Assembly: GCA_023665105.1 (NCBI GenBank)
Contig: JAMPEO010000001.1
Location: forward strand, 1-37,969
Length of the DNA stretch: 37,969 bases
Source of the DNA: Candidatus Gastranaerophilales bacterium
Lineage (GTDB): Bacteria; Cyanobacteriota; Vampirovibrionia; Gastranaerophilales; Gastranaerophilaceae
Reading direction: 5' to 3'
How positions within the stretch are numbered: position 1 is the stretch's first letter; every line of letters starts with the position of its first letter. Below the pieces are notes generated by a model. The model was not told where the DNA came from. It saw only the letters and a list, made by a program, of their open reading frames with translations, and searched no databases. Below are positions 35,601 to 37,969 of the stretch, piece after piece. The position numbers and the translations under genes were made by a program.

Positions 35601-37969
35601 CCGATATATGCTCCAATTATTAGGTATCCTTATGCTGATGAAAACACAACATTTGATTATAATGGTGAAATTTATTATCCTATAAGATTTCCATTATATG
35701 ATAATTATGAGATACGTGATGGTTCTACAGCAGAGCAAGGCGGCTCAATTTTCAATCAAGGCGAGATTACTATAACTTCATCAAAATTTGGGTATTCTGC
35801 TGCATTGGAAGGTGCTGCAATTTATAATGATACAACAGGCAAATTAACTATAAACAGTACAACATTTAATTATAATGATGCTCTTGTAAGATCTAAAAAA
35901 GATAATCAACAACAAGAAGATGCAGAAGACGACTTGAATCTTGTTACTAAAGGTGGTGCCATCTATAATAAAGGTTATATTGAAATCAAAAATAAAACTA
36001 AGTTTGTTTCAAATACTGCTGAGTCAGGACAAGGTGGAGCTATTTATAACGATAATTCAGGTAGTATAGATATTTTCAATACAACATTTAATAAAAACAA
36101 TGCTCAACAAGGCGGAGCTGTTTATAATACAGGTACTTTAACAACTGATAACAAAACCAAGTTTACTTCTAATATAGCTGAAAAAGGTGGTGCTTTGTAT
36201 TTAGGTGGAGGTTCGGCTACTACTATAAATGGAACAGAATTTAAGTCTAACCAAGCTTCATATAATGATGGTTCTACTTATGAAGGAGAATCTATTGATT
36301 CTGTTCGTCCGGTAGTGAATGCGAATGGTGGTGCAATTTATGCTGATAATGCTACATTAGAAATAAATAAAGCTAAATTTACAAGTAACACTGCTAAATC
36401 AGGTTTCAATTATGAATTTAATAATTATGGTGATGAAGAAATTGGTTATACTTCTACTATCCAAAACGAAGGTGCCGGATGTGGTGGTGCAATTTATTTG
36501 ACAGGGATTACATCTGCTAAAATTGATGGAACTACTTTTAAATCCAATTCTGCAAATTATGCAGGTGGTGCAATTTATAACCAATCATTAGATAATATTG
36601 TGATTTCTAACTCTACTTTTACTTCTAATTCTGCAATGCAAAACATTTCTACTGAATATATTGATAATGATGGCAATAGTTCAAAAGCAAATGCTTATAA
36701 TGGTAAGGGTGGTGCTATATACAACGAGGGAAATCTGAAACTTACCAACGTTACTTTTACTTCAAATAAGGCAGGTGATAAGGGTGGTGCTGTTTATAAT
36801 AACTCATCAGATGTATTAACTATAGAAAATTGTAAATTTAATAAGAATACTGCGAAAAGTGTTTTCAAAGATAATGAAACTTATAGTTATTATGATGAAG
36901 AATCTGGTAAAACTATTCAATCTGATGTTTCCGGTACTAGTTATATGGGTTCAGGCGGTGCTATATATAACGAAAATGGAACAATCAATATTACAAATAC
37001 GACATTCACTTCTAATCAGGCTGGGGAAGATAGTGGCGGTGGAGCTATATATAATGAAAACGGTACGATAAATATCTATGAAGGTACTAAGTTTACTAGC
37101 AATTCTGCGAAAGTTAAATATACTGATACTTGGAAAGAAAATGGAAAAACTTATAAAGAATCTAAGTATATTGGTTATGGCGGAGCTATATTTAATTCAC
37201 AAGGATTTTTAAATATTCAAGGTTCAAAAGATGCGATGGTTTTATTTAAGTCTAATCAGGCAGGAGATGCCGGTGGTGCGATTTATAATGATGACGGTCA
37301 ATTAAATATCAATTATGCAAAATTTGAATCTAATAAATCCGTAGGTGTTGGTGGTGCTTTATTTTTAAATCACCTTGATTCTGAAACGGCAACAACTCAT
37401 ACAATTTCAAATTCGGTGTTTAGTAAAAATTCTGCGGTAAGTGGTGGAGCTATCTTTTTAGCCGGCGGTCATCTGCAGTTAGCTGATACAAGTTTCACAA
37501 ATAACACTGCAAAGGAGACAGGTGGTGCTATTTATGCAGGATACGGTAGTATTGTTGATATTTTTGCAATCAATAGTGATGTTATATTTAAGGGTAACAA
37601 AGCAAATGGTAAATCAAATGCTATTCATTTAGAAGAAGCTACTCTCAATCTTCAAGCAAATGATGGTAGAACAATTTCAATATTTGATAATATTAGCGGT
37701 ACAGGGCTTATAACCAAAAAAGGAAATATATACATAGCAAATGAAGCTAAACTTGAAGAAGGTTCAGATATTACTATTAAAAGTAATTCCGGTTCATTAG
37801 TTTTCGGAAATGAAAATAATATGAACGGGTTGTCTATTCAATTATCAGGTGAAAGTGATATCATTACAGCAAACAATTCTGTTCGTACCTTATCATTGAA
37901 CAAACTAACCTTATCTGACAACACAACGACCAACGTGTCAATCGACATGGACTTACAAAGCGGCACAAG
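32643..37969 (+). CDS. second giant Pmp-repeat (GGAIYN) passenger protein, 3'-partial (runs off the window), presumed autotransporter
   Basis: Not in the ORF track, which is consistent with no stop inside the window. ATG 32643 has SD AGAGGA 6 nt upstream. Signal peptide MKKLLFCLIYLCFVLSSVSA-KT. My manual translation of frame 3 stays open to 37969 and gives many GGAIYN/GGAVYN/GGALY units, ending ...TTTNVSIDMDLQSGT. This resembles the NHISLDIDPKNAASD region of the first protein. Confidence 0.85.
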   Translation, partial: MKKLLFCLIYLCFVLSSVSAKTVNISDFYDFMDNTDSNTSMVLKNDINMLSNWSFANNISINGSNNVFNNNGFRLTNNGILNLSSIIFNDTSLSSFGNITNNHSLNALKGDVKFGSGVIGDGTFNVKGAQVVFGKDSSLSQSQVNISKGHLAIFADSLKTENVVNNAKNGLYLDNGELKNVNISGKGSTYIQGHVVVDKDSLISQKITIPVLSTTTEETVKQYWANDDGYRYLITDMDVYLAEHPECNPDSDLEVTEIIKEYSSPKASLTASANSLLGTVVNNAGLTLLDGTITKAISGTGGLTIDGIVENIAKIAQNSIVVMDSASFKTNAGLLDKNITFVNLGDLYLTGGNLSCDITGDGMTYIEGAVGNKTYINSPLTILPKGLLLSNASLIYEDIVNNGILQLSAGTFDKIDEGNPIKITGSGHTQIVGKVVVNSDIEQSIDVTKKGTLKVCPNRIKGNVINEGTLNYIGGYSNYFVQNSNKMNIEKTIVAKDIDNWANLTIKDSVVTGVADDLGLIENYKNLTFVSSNYEKNVIENNVGVVIYNSVMVDGKKVYTGNLTVSGSAEFKNNVNQNGNGGVIFNDNNGSKYAPKVVLKGNYDKVWLNDASSFTANDAANGGAIYNNGGVVDSKRYVFKNNNAQRGGAIYNNENSTLKLTTSAFSENNGTEQGGAIYNSGSLIDKNGLFMSNTANNGGAVYNNGNTVFNGTQFYKNGGTIADDCKTVEGDVAQKGGAISNSGILTLKNTQIGKISYSFPSHIMNNVLVYPYYPSNPVKIVPYGNVAELGGGLYNSGIANLAGTDFSNNLATENGGAVYNNIMGVLTVKSSGFYSNIASQKGGAIYNENDINVVSSTFDGNSAVFGGALYTNNNMNSKQAKIDKSDFCHNKSTEKGGAIYINTGNVLIKNSKIGSIMNGGNTAENSGGGIFNNGTDTQIISSYFAKNSAKTGGDIYNTGKMTISKTSFGYSPIPKGGKYFISIRIYPIYAPIIRYPYADENTTFDYNGEIYYPIRFPLYDNYEIRDGSTAEQGGSIFNQGEITITSSKFGYSAALEGAAIYNDTTGKLTINSTTFNYNDALVRSKKDNQQQEDAEDDLNLVTKGGAIYNKGYIEIKNKTKFVSNTAESGQGGAIYNDNSGSIDIFNTTFNKNNAQQGGAVYNTGTLTTDNKTKFTSNIAEKGGALYLGGGSATTINGTEFKSNQASYNDGSTYEGESIDSVRPVVNANGGAIYADNATLEINKAKFTSNTAKSGFNYEFNNYGDEEIGYTSTIQNEGAGCGGAIYLTGITSAKIDGTTFKSNSANYAGGAIYNQSLDNIVISNSTFTSNSAMQNISTEYIDNDGNSSKANAYNGKGGAIYNEGNLKLTNVTFTSNKAGDKGGAVYNNSSDVLTIENCKFNKNTAKSVFKDNETYSYYDEESGKTIQSDVSGTSYMGSGGAIYNENGTINITNTTFTSNQAGEDSGGGAIYNENGTINIYEGTKFTSNSAKVKYTDTWKENGKTYKESKYIGYGGAIFNSQGFLNIQGSKDAMVLFKSNQAGDAGGAIYNDDGQLNINYAKFESNKSVGVGGALFLNHLDSETATTHTISNSVFSKNSAVSGGAIFLAGGHLQLADTSFTNNTAKETGGAIYAGYGSIVDIFAINSDVIFKGNKANGKSNAIHLEEATLNLQANDGRTISIFDNISGTGLITKKGNIYIANEAKLEEGSDITIKSNSGSLVFGNENNMNGLSIQLSGESDIITANNSVRTLSLNKLTLSDNTTTNVSIDMDLQSGT

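Overview
Visibly AT-rich chromosomal segment from a diderm, probably anaerobic bacterium (BamA/Skp, type V autotransporters, trimeric [FeFe] hydrogenase). I cannot assign a taxon from the sequence alone. Backbone genes: prfB (programmed +1 frameshift, which the ORF track splits), a CxxC zinc-ribbon protein, an rlmD-like rRNA methyltransferase, hydC-hydB-hydA, dapF, rpsF-ssb-rpsR, recF, bamA-skp and fba. Unusual content, in my order of interest: (1) a 2011-aa Pmp-repeat (GGAIYN) autotransporter whose SD-preceded ATG is put out of frame by a G9 tract, giving a classic phase-variation geometry. (2) A second giant Pmp-repeat protein (32643 to the window end, more than 1775 codons) that is missing from the ORF track because it has no stop in the window. 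(3) A soluble DUF4177 + FlhA/SctV-cytoplasmic-domain protein between bamA-skp and the autotransporters. (4) A DUF4011-like/SF1 helicase/DUF559-like nuclease fusion followed 9 nt later by a TPR-GT9-like protein, a candidate defence module. (5) A 121-aa Ser/Gly/Cys-rich protein with no Lys or Arg and a microcin-B17-like C-terminus, with no maturation genes in view. (6) Four 50-bp tandem repeats upstream of the hydrogenase operon. (7) A family of interspersed hairpin/composite repeats bracketing a STAS-like + LysM two-gene cassette. No tRNA, rRNA, CRISPR array, transposase or integrase was recognised. All domain calls come from motif recognition by eye, not from searches.
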